Source: Candidatus Harpocratesius repetitus | GTDB lineage: Archaea > Asgardarchaeota > Lokiarchaeia > Sigyniarchaeales > Promethearchaeaceae | Direction of reading: 5' to 3' | Assembly (NCBI GenBank): GCA_021498095.1 | Contig: JAIZWK010000001.1 | Span: forward strand, 1,740,001 to 1,772,000 | DNA: 32,000 nt | Shown: piece by piece, positions 16,450 to 25,977 of the stretch | Layout of the letters: the number at the start of each line of letters is the position of its first letter | Numbering within the stretch: position 1 is the stretch's first letter | The notes under the pieces: model-generated | The model's database searches: none | What the model was told of the DNA's origin: nothing | The model's input: the letters and a program-made list of their open reading frames with translations, nothing else | Position numbers and translations under genes: made by a program

Positions 16450-17196
16450 TTATTTTTTTCTCACTAATTCTTTTTGGTTAATGGGTGGGAGATCCATTAA
16501 TTTATTACGAGAATCATATTTACTAAGATCAATTTTAGACGCATGTGAATTAATAATTTGCTTTAAAGCTTTAATTCCCTTATTCGTTTTAGTGGAAGTT
16601 TCAATAATCCCTATTAAGCCTTGAGATGATGAAGTATCATTATTTACATTTATATCAAATTCATTTAACGCAGTGTTAAGTTTTTCTTTCACAATGGCAA
16701 GCTTGTATGAATTCAGTTTGTCAACTTTGTTAAGAACAAGTAAACATGGAATATTAAGATTTATCATAAACTGAACAAGTTCAATAGATAATGGAATTGT
16801 TTCTTGATTTTGAAAAAACCACTTCTCTAGTTCTGATTCTAAACGATCTAAACTTATTACAATCAACATTAGGAAGATATTCTTCTGATCTAATTGGATA
16901 TAACGCAGAATTTGATCTTGAACCCGTCCTTCTGAACTTCGATCTAATCTTACCATCCTACCAAAGCCAGGTAAATCAATTACGTGATAGTTTAAAGCAG
17001 GATCGTTAATTATAGTTAATCTTATGGTAGAACCTGCTGTTTTACCTACTTTACTCTTATACCATTTTGGATGGCTTAATAAGAGGCGCGTAAGACTGCT
17101 TTTACCAACATTTGAATTACCGATTAAGCAAAGTCTGGGGAAATTTCCACGTGGGTAAGAAAATTTAATTCTATTTTTGGATGATTTTTTTCCCAT
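16450..17196 (-). CDS. engB: EngB/YihA-family GTP-binding protein
   Basis: G1 GNSNVGKSS, G2 GST, G3 DLPGFG, G4 NKVD, G5 TSTK. Minus strand (ATG at 17196); the track's '+' is wrong. Confidence 0.85.
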   Translation of the reverse strand: MGKKSSKNRIKFSYPRGNFPRLCLIGNSNVGKSSLTRLLLSHPKWYKSKVGKTAGSTIRLTIINDPALNYHVIDLPGFGRMVRLDRSSEGRVQDQILRYIQLDQKNIFLMLIVISLDRLESELEKWFFQNQETIPLSIELVQFMINLNIPCLLVLNKVDKLNSYKLAIVKEKLNTALNEFDINVNNDTSSSQGLIGIIETSTKTNKGIKALKQIINSHASKIDLSKYDSRNKLMDLPPINQKELVRKK

Positions 17197-17228
17197 CTAT
17201 TGTCACTTTCTTTGATTAAAATAGAATT

Positions 17229-18026
17229 TTATATATCTAGAAAATCATCTTTTAAGAAATCTTGAAACATTTTTGTTTTTTCAGATTTTGTTAATATAGG
17301 ACGCTCTGAGATAGGATCTCCAACTATATTTAAGATTTCTTTCATATGATCTGGATTTATTGCTAAAACTAATTTTCCATCTTTAAATTGAACTACTTTT
17401 TCATCATAAAGCTGTAAGCGAAGAATGAAACCCAGACCAAAATAAAATTTATGCTCTTCAATTGGCTCTACAGGATTTTTGCTAGTAACTTCTTTTAGTG
17501 CTTCATATAAAGTCTGTTTAGATGCTTGGTGATCTTCAATGTTGAAAACTAAATGCCATAAGGCATGATATATTATTTTATTACGCCGTTTACTTAGATT
17601 ATTGATGAATTGTTCTTTTGAAACGGTTTTTATTCCCATTTCTTTTCTTTTCTTTTGGATTTCTTCTTCCATACGGGCTTCTAAATCAGCGTCTATTTCT
17701 GGTTGAAATTCTATTTGGTTATTTTCTAATGGCTCTGTTTCTTCTTCAAATTCGCTTTCTATGTCTTCTATGTCCATCAAATTTTCAGCAATTGCTGCTT
17801 CCATGTCTTCTAAGTCTTGTTCAGTGAATTCATCTTGTTCCAATTCAGAAAAGTTCAATAATTCTTCTTTAAGATTTTTATTAGTAAGATTGCTTATCGT
17901 ATTATCTTCTTGATTTGGTGCACTCATATTGTCAATTTCTTTATTTTCGACAGAATTACTTTCATTTTCTTTTTTATCATCTTCAATTTCTTTATTTTTC
18001 TGATTAGGTATTGAAGGATCTTCCAT
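17229..18026 (-). CDS. Hypothetical protein: acidic disordered N-half plus a possible winged-helix C-half
   Basis: E/D/N-rich for about the first 125 aa, then three helices and a beta-hairpin (VVQFKDGKLVL). Minus strand (ATG at 18026); the track's '+' is wrong. Confidence 0.75.
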   Translation of the reverse strand: MEDPSIPNQKNKEIEDDKKENESNSVENKEIDNMSAPNQEDNTISNLTNKNLKEELLNFSELEQDEFTEQDLEDMEAAIAENLMDIEDIESEFEEETEPLENNQIEFQPEIDADLEARMEEEIQKKRKEMGIKTVSKEQFINNLSKRRNKIIYHALWHLVFNIEDHQASKQTLYEALKEVTSKNPVEPIEEHKFYFGLGFILRLQLYDEKVVQFKDGKLVLAINPDHMKEILNIVGDPISERPILTKSEKTKMFQDFLKDDFLDI

Positions 18027-18144
18027 ATCTCTCAGTTAATATCAAAACAATTACAAATTTAGAGTTATGTATATGAGAGCAATATTGGAGATTTTAAAGT
18101 GCAAAGCCGTATACTTTATGTGAAATCGTGTATTTTTAAAAACC

Positions 18145-18864
18145 ATGAAATCGAAAGAATTTCTGAACGGAATTGAGTTGATAATATTCGATTACGATGG
18201 AGTTCTTTACAATATGATTGATCCCTTACGTGAGACTGTTATTGAGGGTATTAATAAATTCAGTCTTCAATCAAATGGGCTTAATGAAGACATGCGGGAA
18301 GTATTTCGTGTGCTTGAATTCGCTTTAACGAGATCAGTTGCCGATCAAATTTTAGATTCTAAAGAAATGCTTGATATAAAATTACTTGATGGATTTCCTT
18401 TATTGAAGCGATTACGCATAGCTACATTCTTTTATGGTGATTTTCGCGCTAAAACTCAAGAACCTAAACTTTTTGATGGGGTCATTGATTTAATAAAGAA
18501 ATTGCATGCTAAAAGTATCAAATTGGCTGTTTTATCAAATAGTGCTAAAAAGTATATTGATAGCACTTTAGAAGCTTATGAATTACGCTCTTATTTTAAT
18601 ACAATTTTAGGTGCTGCAGAAGTGACGAAAGTCAAGCCAGATCCAGAAGGATTATTAAAAATCATGGAAATTGAAGGGGTGAAGCCTAAAAAAACTCTTT
18701 TTATAGGAGATATGGTTTCAGATATTGATGCGGGAAAAAATGCACATATTCACACCATTGCGGTCGCCAGTGGAATTCTACCGAGAGAAAAATTGGAAGC
18801 TGCACAACCCTATGCCCTAGTATCAAATATTAGGGAACTAATTGATCTTTTTGGGTTAAAATAA
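18145..18864 (+). CDS. HAD-superfamily IA hydrolase (phosphoglycolate-phosphatase-like)
   Basis: Motif I FDYDGVL, motif II LSN, motif III KPDPEG, motif IV IGDMVSD. Confidence 0.92.
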   Translation: MKSKEFLNGIELIIFDYDGVLYNMIDPLRETVIEGINKFSLQSNGLNEDMREVFRVLEFALTRSVADQILDSKEMLDIKLLDGFPLLKRLRIATFFYGDFRAKTQEPKLFDGVIDLIKKLHAKSIKLAVLSNSAKKYIDSTLEAYELRSYFNTILGAAEVTKVKPDPEGLLKIMEIEGVKPKKTLFIGDMVSDIDAGKNAHIHTIAVASGILPREKLEAAQPYALVSNIRELIDLFGLK

Positions 18865-18948
18865 CTTCATTGGAAAAGAAAAAAAGCAAAAAAGTCAAAA
18901 ATTACCTCTCGTTATTGCAACTATAATAATTCATGGAAAGTGATAGAA

Positions 18949-21024
18949 ATGAAAATATTGATGATACATAGTAATGGAGCTACAATGAAGAAGTATGCTC
19001 CTGCCACATCCAAACCTCAAGAGTACTCTGAGAAAGAACTTCAATTGGAAGGAAAAGTGCTTGTTTGTTTTATCTCAGTTGAAGATCAAGATACATTTGA
19101 TATAAATATTATTTCAAATCAAGCAGTTAATGAAATACTTAATGCTGTTGACTTAATTGAAACGTTTCCTGAGAAAATTAAGGAAAAAAATGCAGAAGTA
19201 GAGAAATTTAACGATGGTTTGAAAAAAGCGCAAGAAAAAGGATTTAGGAAAAATGAAAATCCCAAACAGAAAAAATCGTTAATACTAGACCCTTCTATGT
19301 ATAAAGTAGATAAGATTTTGGTTTATCCATGGGCTCATCTCAGCAATTTTCTTAGTCAAGAATCAACTGCCATGGAAGTATGTCCAACAATTGCTAAAAT
19401 CTTAAAAGAAAAAGGTTTTGACGCTTATTTCTCTCCTTTTGGATGGTATAAAGCATTTACTTTAGATTGTCTTGGACATGAAGTTGCAGAAATGTATCGA
19501 GACGTACCTTTGGCACTGTTGTCTACAGATGTAAGAGCAAAATCTGTTTTTAAAATTGTAAATCCTGACAAATCAATTGAATTTTTCTGTGATAGTTCTG
19601 AAGAGGGTAAGAAAAAGGCAAAAATTCCTAAAAAATATCCTAAAGACTTTAGAGATTTTATTAAAGCAGAAGTCCTCAGCTCACGTGAAGCTGGACGCGA
19701 AGAACCTGCGCACATTAAATTAATGAAAAGGTTTGAACTTGCTGATTTTGATGATGCAACAGATGCTGGAAATTTAAGATGGTACACAAAAGGTTTACTG
19801 ATGAAAAATTTGCTTCGTGAATATGTAGAGAATCAAGTTGTAGAACATGGTGCTATTTATGTTGATACACCTGTCATGTATACCGTTAAAAATAAGAAGT
19901 TGACAGCACAAACTGCTCGATTCCCTGCCCGTACTTATTGGGTTCACAGTGGAAATAATCGATTTTTACTCCGATTTGCTTCTGATTTTCTATTATTTAA
20001 TATGTTTTCTCAAATGAATATAAAAGCGGAGCAATTGCCCATTCGTGCTTATGAATATGAACAATATGCATTTCGAAGGGAACAGGCAGGAGAATTAGCC
20101 GGATTACGTCGTCTTCGTGCTTTTACAATGCCTGACATGCACACTTTATGTAAAGATCTTCCACAGGCTGTGAAAGAATTTAAAGATCAATTTATCTTAT
20201 CTAATAAAATCCTGCGAGATCTTGGCTTAAAATCATATATGATTATTAGAACAACTGAAGATTTTTGGGAAGAAAATAAAGATTGGATTTTAGAAATTAT
20301 TTCATCTGAAGGAGAACCTGCATTAATAGAACTTTGGCCAGAACGATATTACTATTTCATTTTAAAATATGAGCGCCCAGTTCTTTCTGCTCAAGGACAT
20401 ACTGCTTGTCTTTGTACAAATCAAATTGATGTTGAATCTGCTCAAGAATTTGTAGAACAATATGGAGAAAAAAGACAAAAATATAATATTAAGTGGCATG
20501 ATAAATCTGGTAATGAAGGACATCCTATAATTTTACATAATTCTCCATCAGGTGCAATTGAACGAGTAATTTGGGCTCTGTTAGAATCAAGTGAAAGATA
20601 TAAGGATACTAAGGTTCCTGGATTTCCATTATGGCTTTCACCTGTTCAATGTCGTGTTGTATCAGTAAGTGAAAAAGAAAAAGAGTATGCTGAAAAAATT
20701 GTCGAAAATCTGAATCAAATCAATATTCGCTGCGATTTTGATGATCGAGACGAAAAAATAGGTAAAAAGATTAGAAGTGCTGAAATTGAATGGATCCCAT
20801 ATACTATAATTGTAGGAGCGAAAGAAATGGAGAATAGGACAATATCTATTCGAAAAAGGTTAACAGGAAAACCTTTTGTTAATGGAAATTCAAGTGAGCA
20901 AATTAATGATATTTCACTTGATTCATTAATTTCGGAATTAGAACAAGAATTATCCGGATTTCCAAGAAAAACACTACCAAAACCATTCCGTCGTTTCAGC
21001 TCTCGGATATTTTTCAGACAATAA
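18949..21024 (+). CDS. thrS: Threonyl-tRNA synthetase, archaeal type with N-terminal editing domain
   Basis: MKILMIHS, VYPWAHLS, PFGWYKAF, FRREQAGELAGLRRLRAFTMPDMH, PIILHNSPSGAIER, and anticodon domain DDRDEKIGKKIR. ATG 18949 is preferred over GTG 18940. Confidence 0.97.
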   Translation: MKILMIHSNGATMKKYAPATSKPQEYSEKELQLEGKVLVCFISVEDQDTFDINIISNQAVNEILNAVDLIETFPEKIKEKNAEVEKFNDGLKKAQEKGFRKNENPKQKKSLILDPSMYKVDKILVYPWAHLSNFLSQESTAMEVCPTIAKILKEKGFDAYFSPFGWYKAFTLDCLGHEVAEMYRDVPLALLSTDVRAKSVFKIVNPDKSIEFFCDSSEEGKKKAKIPKKYPKDFRDFIKAEVLSSREAGREEPAHIKLMKRFELADFDDATDAGNLRWYTKGLLMKNLLREYVENQVVEHGAIYVDTPVMYTVKNKKLTAQTARFPARTYWVHSGNNRFLLRFASDFLLFNMFSQMNIKAEQLPIRAYEYEQYAFRREQAGELAGLRRLRAFTMPDMHTLCKDLPQAVKEFKDQFILSNKILRDLGLKSYMIIRTTEDFWEENKDWILEIISSEGEPALIELWPERYYYFILKYERPVLSAQGHTACLCTNQIDVESAQEFVEQYGEKRQKYNIKWHDKSGNEGHPIILHNSPSGAIERVIWALLESSERYKDTKVPGFPLWLSPVQCRVVSVSEKEKEYAEKIVENLNQINIRCDFDDRDEKIGKKIRSAEIEWIPYTIIVGAKEMENRTISIRKRLTGKPFVNGNSSEQINDISLDSLISELEQELSGFPRKTLPKPFRRFSSRIFFRQ

Positions 21025-21487
21025 AGGAAAGAGAGAAGCGATCAAGATTGTTACTTTTTTTTAGTTTTTACTTATCCCAAGAAACAAAATTTTAATTATT
21101 GAAAATAAGGGGAAATTTTTCCCATTTAGATTTATTATGAATTTTTTTATTTTTTCTTCGGTTCTATTCGATAATAATAATCAATTCTTATAGAACATTA
21201 TCAAAAAAATAAAAAAGCATTCTGTGTTTAATTAAAATAGAATTTATTATATTATTTCGTGATGTCCTAATGCCAGAAATTGAAATTGATTTTAATATTT
21301 TTTTCCCTTCAGAACATGTATTCAATAGTTATATTGAAATATTAAAAATACGCAATGTTTCACCAGAAATTGGTATCAACCCTGAAAAAAGAAAATTCTT
21401 CTAATTATATAACTAATTATCTTATTTTACAATTGAAAAAAGTTGTATTTTTTATTTTTTGTGTCATTTTAGATAAAATTAAAAATG

Positions 21488-22846
21488 TTATACATGATCA
21501 AAATCAATTTCTATTGACTTATTTTCAGGCCAATTAGCTCGAAGTAATATATCCCGAGAAGCTTCATGCGTTCTGATGATTGGGAATCCAGTAAATTCTG
21601 AAAGTTTTCTCGCAAAAATTAGTAAATCTTGGAAACTTGGTGCAAATTCACGTAATTCATGCCCCTTAGCAAATTGACCAAGACGATTAGTCAATTCCAA
21701 AGCATTGGCTTCCACAGTAAATCCTTTTATATCTATAAAATTTGGAGGGTTTTTTTTCAAAATTTCTGCATAATCTTCAACCATATCTAGATCGATGTTT
21801 AAAAATTTTACAGATGTTATTCTTACAACCGTTCGGCATGGTAATTTTGGTAGAAGAGCTAGAGTAGCATTTAGATTTTCCCAAGAATTTTTAGTTAGTG
21901 GTCGACAAATCTTTGAAAAATCAGATCTTGTAGGCGCAGGAAGGGTTACATAAAGTTGTGTCGGAAGCGAATTTTCTTTCCACATCTTCTTTATAACATC
22001 AGTATTAGAACCATTTGTTACAATAAATGTGCACATTTTTCGATTTCTGAATTCAGAAACGAGTTCACCAATTTTAGGATATAAAGTAGGTTCCCCCGCC
22101 AAAGAAATTGCTGCATGTTTTGGGTGTTTTGCACGTTCAAATGCTTGAATTATTTCTTCTCTAGTGGTAACATTTTCTTTGATAATCCGGGAAATATCTT
22201 CATTTGTATTAATATTTGGTAGAATATTTGGTCTTACCGAATAAATATCATCTGAATCAAGGTTTTGAAGAACTTTACAATTTTTTAATAAAAGAACAGC
22301 GCGATGAGTTTTAGTTTTCGTTTGATTTATTAGTTTTGCAATTTCTGATATTGTAAATCCTACTTTTTCTCTCGAAATTTCTTTGTGTTGAAATTTTTCA
22401 ACATATTTTTCCAAAACTTGATGCATGATTTCAAGATTATCCAACGAACGCTTGAGAGTAATATGTTCAACAACCAGATTTACTGAATGTCGAATCATTT
22501 CATCCACTAATTTTTTTGGGGAATCAACAGGACCTGTCCAAGAGGCTCCGAAAGATGCATTTTCAATATCGCGCCAACAAAAAACGCACTGGTGGTTACA
22601 GAACGGAAGTGCAGGTGTGTTTTGTATGCATGTTTCTGATTTAATTCCAAAATAACCTTTATAACAATTTCGATTATCTCTTCCAGTAAGTAATTTCTCA
22701 GTCAACCAATGACACGGTTTAATCGCAGAATGTTTAGACGGACCAATAATACGATAATTACTTTTCATATATGATTGGATTATTTTATTCCGGTAGGAAG
22801 ATTCACTATTAGAAGAAGAATTTGTAGATTTAGATTTGTTATCCAC
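21488..22846 (-). CDS. taw1: 4-demethylwyosine synthase TYW1/Taw1 (radical SAM) with an internal wHTH insertion
   Basis: HSAIKPCHW, CYK, CIQNTP, CNHQCVFCWR, HAAISLAGEPTLYP, FIVTNG, PTQLYVTL and FIDIKG. Confidence 0.93.
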   Translation of the reverse strand: MDNKSKSTNSSSNSESSYRNKIIQSYMKSNYRIIGPSKHSAIKPCHWLTEKLLTGRDNRNCYKGYFGIKSETCIQNTPALPFCNHQCVFCWRDIENASFGASWTGPVDSPKKLVDEMIRHSVNLVVEHITLKRSLDNLEIMHQVLEKYVEKFQHKEISREKVGFTISEIAKLINQTKTKTHRAVLLLKNCKVLQNLDSDDIYSVRPNILPNINTNEDISRIIKENVTTREEIIQAFERAKHPKHAAISLAGEPTLYPKIGELVSEFRNRKMCTFIVTNGSNTDVIKKMWKENSLPTQLYVTLPAPTRSDFSKICRPLTKNSWENLNATLALLPKLPCRTVVRITSVKFLNIDLDMVEDYAEILKKNPPNFIDIKGFTVEANALELTNRLGQFAKGHELREFAPSFQDLLIFARKLSEFTGFPIIRTHEASRDILLRANWPENKSIEIDFDHV

Positions 22847-22905
22847 GAGAATTCACTAAGTATAAAAAAAAAGGATAGAATTTATGTTTATTCAAAGTAT
22901 TTTTT

Positions 22906-25900
22906 CTATGCTTCTACTTCCAATAAAAATTCAGATATTTCTTGTTTTTTATATTTATAAAGAGTATATCCTAAGAGGAGATATGTGCATGCAAAAATTC
23001 CACCTAAAATAACTAAATATTCAACTATATCGAAAAATATAGGAAAATTGTAAATTTTTCCTCCTCCAGATAATCCATATAATCTACAAAAAGCAACTGA
23101 TGTAAAACTACCTGCAAATGTCCCAACAACTAGAGAAATAAGGAAGGATATGGACATTTCTGAAAAAACTAACAAATTTATTCCTTTCCGTCCAAATCCA
23201 CGAGCAATTAATTCTCCGTATAATCCTCGATTTTGATCTTGCATATTAATTATTAGAATTGCCATTCCAATTGCCAATATAATTCCAATTATTACAAGAT
23301 TAAAGTAGAATAATCCTAAATATGGAATATTCGATTGATTTAGAGAAGTACTTTCGATTTTAGTCCATTGATCATTATATAATTTATAATTTGTATTATA
23401 TAATCTATATGTGGTTGAACTTTTAATCAAATCTTTCATATCTTGAATATTAAATTCAGTTTTTTTTTTTAAATTTTCATTAATGTTTATGATTTCTCTG
23501 ATATTTTTACTTGGAAATATATTAATGTCATATTCTGAGAAGATCTGATCACTAATAACCATGAAATCACTGGGTGTATTTGTCTTTGAAAAATATAATC
23601 CAGGCATCACATCAATAACTTTTATGATTTTAGCTGAAATTTGTTTTGTAATATATTGTCCTGATGTGAAATTAATACTTGAATGTAGAAAGGTGATAGT
23701 TTCCCCTAATTGAAAATTATTGATTGTAAGAAATGTTGAACTAACAATAATTCCCACTTTATTCGTTTCATTTTTCAATTTTTCATTAAAATCAATTGCA
23801 TCTTGTATATCTTTCAGTAAACTTGTTGAAGGTAATAACTTGTTTTTATCTTCAGATATAAGTGAATAATAATCAGATAGATTCAAATAGAATATTTGAC
23901 GAAATCCATTCCCTGTGAATTGATTACGAATAAAAGCATGAGTGATATCGGAAAATATTGTTTCATTCTTCTCATTTTTTAAATTTCCTAGTTGATTTTC
24001 GAAATTGGTTAATTCTGAGTAGTTTGAAAAACTTGTCTTAGAAATTATAAATTCTAAATTAATATCTCCTCCACATTCAATATTAGATTTTACTTGTTCC
24101 AATCGAAATAGTGTATTTGTCGTTAAATTTGAAAACATTAACATTGCAACATAAAAACCAGCCAAAAACATAACTTGTCTAAATTGCTTCTGGCGTACCA
24201 TCTCTATTCCTACAAAGTAATTCTTTTTGCCAACAAAAATTTTAGAAATAAATCTTGAAATTCGAGCATATCTTGGTGGAGATTCGACAATTAAGTATCG
24301 AATTATTCCTACAACAAGTAGCAATGGTGAAATTATTGTCAAAATTATTAAGATATTAATTCTACTATAAAGCACATTTGAAATTTCGATTAATGTATCT
24401 GAAACTAGAATATTTTGGCCTGATATCATTAAAATAAAGAGTAGTATTGGTATTAAAGAACTAAAAACAGCAATTAATCCCCATTTTGGAATTAATTCTT
24501 CTTTTTTCTTCATAAAATTTTCAATATCTAGTTGATCAGATTTATTATTTTCACTATTTTTTTTCTGATAGTATAATGATGATTCATCATAGTCTACATC
24601 ACCTGAGATATTTTTTAATTCAGATGATAATTCAGATGTTTTCAGTTTATTTATATGTTTAATTGTTGACAATGTCGCTAAGATATTTAAAATGGTTCCA
24701 AATAGGAATGTTTCAATAATTGTCTGAGATGTGAAATGAAAATCAAGTCCAAATCCAGTTTGATTAAAATCTTTTAAGAATAGCGGATTTAACCAATGCT
24801 GACCTAAGAAAAATACACCTATTCCCAAAAATATTCCCAAAACAGAAACAAAAATTGAATTTAGCAATGCTTCCATCAAAAATTGATTACGAATCATTTT
24901 TTTTGGAAATCCTCGCATTCGCATTGAAAAGAATTCGTGATACCGTTTTCTTACTTTTGTTTTATTTGCCATAGAACCCATGTAAATTGCGAAAATGTAT
25001 AATGGTAAATTTGTAAATTGGATGGAAAGGCGAACTATTGCTTGGAAATGAAATTGATTTTGGAGGGAAATTGAGAGCAAATTATATGGTTTTATATAGT
25101 TGGGTAATTTTTTTATAAATTGGTTATATTCTGCAGAAATTTCATCTGCTGAAGCACTTAGCCATGAAACTTTTATTTTTGTTCGATCGGAAGTAAAAGC
25201 AACAAAAGTCTTAATGTTGAATAAAAAATTAGTTTTGTTCTCAAATTCCGTATGATTTTGTAAGTGGTTAATTAATATTCTGTTAGGTTTTAATTGAGAC
25301 TGTTCAGAAAAATTAATAGATTGTAAAAATATATTTGAATTGGGTTCAATAACATCTTCTGGAGCTCCAAATTGAAATAAATCTTTTTTAGGTCTGAAAA
25401 ATCCAACAATATTTATGTTTGGTATCTCAATTATTTCGATATTTGTTATACCTAATCTAAAAGGGATCGTTTGATTAAAACCAATTGATAAATTAAATTC
25501 TTGAGCAAATTGTTCATTCACGAGTATTTCATTACTTTGTTTTGGGATATTTCCAGATGTTATTAGAAAATATTGATTAAACCGCTCAGAATTAAAGAAA
25601 TCAGATTCTACTAGAAACCATGTAAATCCATTGTATTTGTTTTGACTTAAATAAAGAAAAAGACGGGGATTAGTATATAACTGATAATAATATGAATTTT
25701 CTATTTCTAAATTCGATGAAAGGAAAGCATTTTCAACTTCAATTTCAGAGGAAGTTATAGAAAAATTTAAGTTTTCTGTATTTGGATTATTTATTTGTGC
25801 ACAATAGTCAAAAACATTATAGTTTGTTTCTTGCATGATGAAAAATTGGGCTGAGTCAAAATAATATCCAAAACCTGCTACCATTGATATTGCTATTGCT

Positions 25901-25977
25901 AATGTTAAAATCGCCAATTTGGAATCATTTACATATTTCCAACTTTCTTTTATGTAAAAACTTAATTTTGTTCTCAT
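22906..25977 (-). CDS. FtsX/MacB-type ABC permease with duplicated architecture (1023 aa)
   Basis: N-terminal TM, a large extracytoplasmic domain (GNIPKQSNEILVN), a 3-TM block after MRMRGF, a second extracytoplasmic domain and a second block after LIARGF. ATGA overlap with the upstream permease. Confidence 0.88.
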   Translation of the reverse strand: MRTKLSFYIKESWKYVNDSKLAILTLAIAISMVAGFGYYFDSAQFFIMQETNYNVFDYCAQINNPNTENLNFSITSSEIEVENAFLSSNLEIENSYYYQLYTNPRLFLYLSQNKYNGFTWFLVESDFFNSERFNQYFLITSGNIPKQSNEILVNEQFAQEFNLSIGFNQTIPFRLGITNIEIIEIPNINIVGFFRPKKDLFQFGAPEDVIEPNSNIFLQSINFSEQSQLKPNRILINHLQNHTEFENKTNFLFNIKTFVAFTSDRTKIKVSWLSASADEISAEYNQFIKKLPNYIKPYNLLSISLQNQFHFQAIVRLSIQFTNLPLYIFAIYMGSMANKTKVRKRYHEFFSMRMRGFPKKMIRNQFLMEALLNSIFVSVLGIFLGIGVFFLGQHWLNPLFLKDFNQTGFGLDFHFTSQTIIETFLFGTILNILATLSTIKHINKLKTSELSSELKNISGDVDYDESSLYYQKKNSENNKSDQLDIENFMKKKEELIPKWGLIAVFSSLIPILLFILMISGQNILVSDTLIEISNVLYSRINILIILTIISPLLLVVGIIRYLIVESPPRYARISRFISKIFVGKKNYFVGIEMVRQKQFRQVMFLAGFYVAMLMFSNLTTNTLFRLEQVKSNIECGGDINLEFIISKTSFSNYSELTNFENQLGNLKNEKNETIFSDITHAFIRNQFTGNGFRQIFYLNLSDYYSLISEDKNKLLPSTSLLKDIQDAIDFNEKLKNETNKVGIIVSSTFLTINNFQLGETITFLHSSINFTSGQYITKQISAKIIKVIDVMPGLYFSKTNTPSDFMVISDQIFSEYDINIFPSKNIREIININENLKKKTEFNIQDMKDLIKSSTTYRLYNTNYKLYNDQWTKIESTSLNQSNIPYLGLFYFNLVIIGIILAIGMAILIINMQDQNRGLYGELIARGFGRKGINLLVFSEMSISFLISLVVGTFAGSFTSVAFCRLYGLSGGGKIYNFPIFFDIVEYLVILGGIFACTYLLLGYTLYKYKKQEISEFLLEVEA

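Noticed and set aside
14685-18026. Track strand '+' for tfb, gar1, engB and 17229-18026 (also shadow ORF 19425-19787)
   Set aside because: The listed proteins only translate from the reverse complement. For example, plus-strand TTCCATCAA at 15633-15641 is the minus-strand TTG ATG GAA. The strands are corrected to '-'.
21270-21404. 44-aa plus-strand ORF (MPEIEIDFN...) with a 12-nt inverted match to the taw1 3' end
   Set aside because: It is very short and AT-rich with no motif, and the match is expected by chance at this composition.
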